Shown one piece after another: positions 61,920 to 64,000 of a DNA stretch of 64,000 nucleotides. The DNA is from Deinococcales bacterium (GTDB taxonomy: Bacteria; Deinococcota; Deinococci; Deinococcales; JAAFIG01). Under the pieces are notes generated by a model. That model was not told the origin of the DNA and did no database searches. It saw nothing but the letters and a program-made list of their open reading frames with translations. Each line of letters opens with the position of its first letter. Within the stretch, counting starts at the first letter, position 1. The translations under genes and the position numbers were made by a program. The DNA is taken from positions 32,001 through 96,000 of the forward strand of contig JAYWGM010000015.1 of assembly GCA_043778225.1 (NCBI GenBank). Reading direction: 5' to 3'.

Positions 61920-62968
61920 GGTTTAGTCTCGAGTTTTTTGGCAGCTTGAGCCGTCGCCTGTGCCAGTACAGCCGAACCACCAATAAACGGACCAATTAAG
62001 TAATACAAGTAATATGATAAAACCCGCCAAATCAGCACAAATGGCACGACCGCTTCTTTGGAAATCCCAAGCGCAGAACTGCTTGTACCAAGCACGATTT
62101 CAAAGTATCCAGCCCCACCGGGGGTTGGAATAAAGAAACTAAAATAGACCAGCAAGACTTGGGCTGCGATTAAGCCAAAGTTATCCACTGTATAACCAAG
62201 TGCTGCCAAAACCAAATTGGCGGCAGCAAAATGAAATGTAAAATTAAGGAAGGTGGATAAATGCAGTTTGACTTGAGTCGAAAAAGACAATTGCCGCATT
62301 TGCCCCATCGCCTCGGCGGTTTCAGCAATAAAACGCAATGCACTGCGCTGAAAACGTTTTAGAAATTTAAGGTTGCAAATCATAAAAACCAATTTCTCGA
62401 GCCGATGAGCTTGGTATGCCACACCATAGGCTAAGCCAATGGCGATGACTGTTCCAATAGCAACCAGCAGACCTAAAAACGAGCCAATCACGGGGAGATT
62501 TAAGTTGATACCAGCAAAGTACAAATAAGCAAAAGATAATGGCAGAGCATAGGCATAAAAAACAAGGTCAAGCGAAACAGAAAAAATTGCTACCGCCGTG
62601 GCGCGTCTCGAGTCGGTATACTGCGATAAATACCACGCCATCGCCACATTTGCCCCACTGGCACTGGGTGTGGTGGCTGCACCAAACAAATACAGCAAAA
62701 AGGCGCGGGTAGCTCGAGCAAGGGTTACATTTTTGTTGTTTGATAAAAGTTGAATGCGCCAACCAGCCACCAACCACCAAGCCACCACCGATGCTACAAA
62801 AACAATCGCCCAAAGTGGATGAATCTGAACGGTGCGGCTAAATTCTTCGGGGTTAAATTCTTTACCCAGACTGAGCAGACCAAAGACACCCAGCGCCGAG
62901 AAAGCCAGTGTAATGAGTAAGGCTTGAATCGCGTTTTTCACATTTGACCTCGAGACAGCATAAAACAC
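61916..62968 (-). CDS. Lysylphosphatidylglycerol-synthase-TM / flippase-like membrane protein
   Basis: Multi-TM; TP...G, PTPGGAG..E, WR...YY. Confidence 0.8.
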   Translation of the reverse strand: MFYAVSRSNVKNAIQALLITLAFSALGVFGLLSLGKEFNPEEFSRTVQIHPLWAIVFVASVVAWWLVAGWRIQLLSNNKNVTLARATRAFLLYLFGAATTPSASGANVAMAWYLSQYTDSRRATAVAIFSVSLDLVFYAYALPLSFAYLYFAGINLNLPVIGSFLGLLVAIGTVIAIGLAYGVAYQAHRLEKLVFMICNLKFLKRFQRSALRFIAETAEAMGQMRQLSFSTQVKLHLSTFLNFTFHFAAANLVLAALGYTVDNFGLIAAQVLLVYFSFFIPTPGGAGYFEIVLGTSSSALGISKEAVVPFVLIWRVLSYYLYYLIGPFIGGSAVLAQATAQAAKKLETKP

Positions 62969-62994
62969 GATAACATTTCGCGGCTCGAGGTGGC

Positions 62995-64000
62995 TTAATT
63001 GCGAAACAGCACTTGTTCTTTGCTAAAGTTGCGAAGCGCTAAGAATGCTGTTCCGACGGCAAAAATCAGGTTGGCAATCACAATGACTGCTATAATTTCT
63101 GGTGTGGCTTTGCCTTTGACAATATCAAGTATTCCCAAAGTGCTGCCAATGATGGGTGTGGCATACAATAAGGTGCTGCGAGCAATAAAATCGCCAAACT
63201 GCATCCCGATTGACACAAACTGAGAAATGATTTGTAAAGGCACAAGATACGTCTGGGCTTCCTTGAACGAACGCGCATAAATGCCAATCGAGACCAAAAT
63301 ACCAGATAACATCAGCGCCACTGTAATTCCAATCAAGAACATCGATAAAAATCCTTCTACCCCGAGATTTAAGTTACCACCAAATAAAGCGCTGATTTCG
63401 CTCGAGTCGCTAGAACCAAATTGCTTGAGGACAATTGGGCTGAGTAACCCAGAAACCACAAAAGCCGAGACCTGCATGACTACACCAAACAGAGCAAACA
63501 AGGTGACTGCCAGTAATTTACCCAGCACGACCTCGAGCCGCTTGACAGGGGAGACCAGCAGAATCTCAAGGCTACCGCGTTCTTTCTCGCCAGCCGTGCT
63601 GTCCACTGCCACGGTACTTGCGCCACCCAGAATCGCTAAGAAAATAAACATCGGGAATAAAAAAGCAAAGACCCCGCCGGAACGCTCCGAAACGGTTTCG
63701 GCATTGACCGCCGAAGCCCTAACTGGCTCGAGGGTCTCGGGCGTAAGTCCAACCGAAGCCAATTTTTTAACCACCAAAGACTTTGAGTAATTTTGAATCG
63801 CATCCTCAATTTTATTGCGAACCACCGAGGCTTTCTGATTGCTAAATTTAACAAAGACTTGAATATCCACTGGCTTTCCACCAGCCGAATTGGGTACACC
63901 GTTTTTGGGTATCGAAAGCGCCGCTTCGACCTCGCCATTTTGGACAGCCTCGAGTGGCTTTTGAATCGGTTTGAGTTCGACCCCTGCGCCACCCGTCCCA
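62995..64000 (-). CDS. ABC-2 permease (NatB-like), 5' end outside the window
   Basis: AGEKERGSLE.LL..P, ARSFKEAQ; frame stays open to the window edge. Confidence 0.85.
   Translation of the reverse strand, partial: GTGGAGVELKPIQKPLEAVQNGEVEAALSIPKNGVPNSAGGKPVDIQVFVKFSNQKASVVRNKIEDAIQNYSKSLVVKKLASVGLTPETLEPVRASAVNAETVSERSGGVFAFLFPMFIFLAILGGASTVAVDSTAGEKERGSLEILLVSPVKRLEVVLGKLLAVTLFALFGVVMQVSAFVVSGLLSPIVLKQFGSSDSSEISALFGGNLNLGVEGFLSMFLIGITVALMLSGILVSIGIYARSFKEAQTYLVPLQIISQFVSIGMQFGDFIARSTLLYATPIIGSTLGILDIVKGKATPEIIAVIVIANLIFAVGTAFLALRNFSKEQVLFRN

Overview
Bacterial chromosomal window of moderate GC, probably Deinococcota. This is inferred from the fused double-domain HspR, the amylosucrase and the many leaderless genes with a TANNNT box just upstream of the start codon. 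Most of it is housekeeping (accA/accD, purA, cysK, coaD, nrdR, tsaB, glpK, tgt, DAHP synthase, tRNA-Ala). Highlights: (1) a candidate peptide-signalling module made of a 36-aa secreted pre-peptide ending in CxxC, a divergent TPR/wHTH/BTAD regulator and a co-transcribed HD-GYP phosphodiesterase; (2) a Type I RM operon next to tRNA-Ala, with a SIR2-like protein translationally coupled between hsdS and hsdR (the PrrC position), a DUF1016 gene bracketed by 28-bp direct repeats, and a mirror-image A/C versus G/T strand skew; (3) roughly 20-fold over-representation of the palindrome CTCGAG; (4) small hairpin elements, one inserted in frame in a protein and one breaking a PIN toxin gene; (5) a Phe/Tyr leader-peptide attenuator; (6) a GGDEF-RHH fusion with a candidate operator. 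All calls come from motif recognition by eye and hand counts; no searches were run. Several start codons were moved from the ORF track using RBS or -10 evidence.
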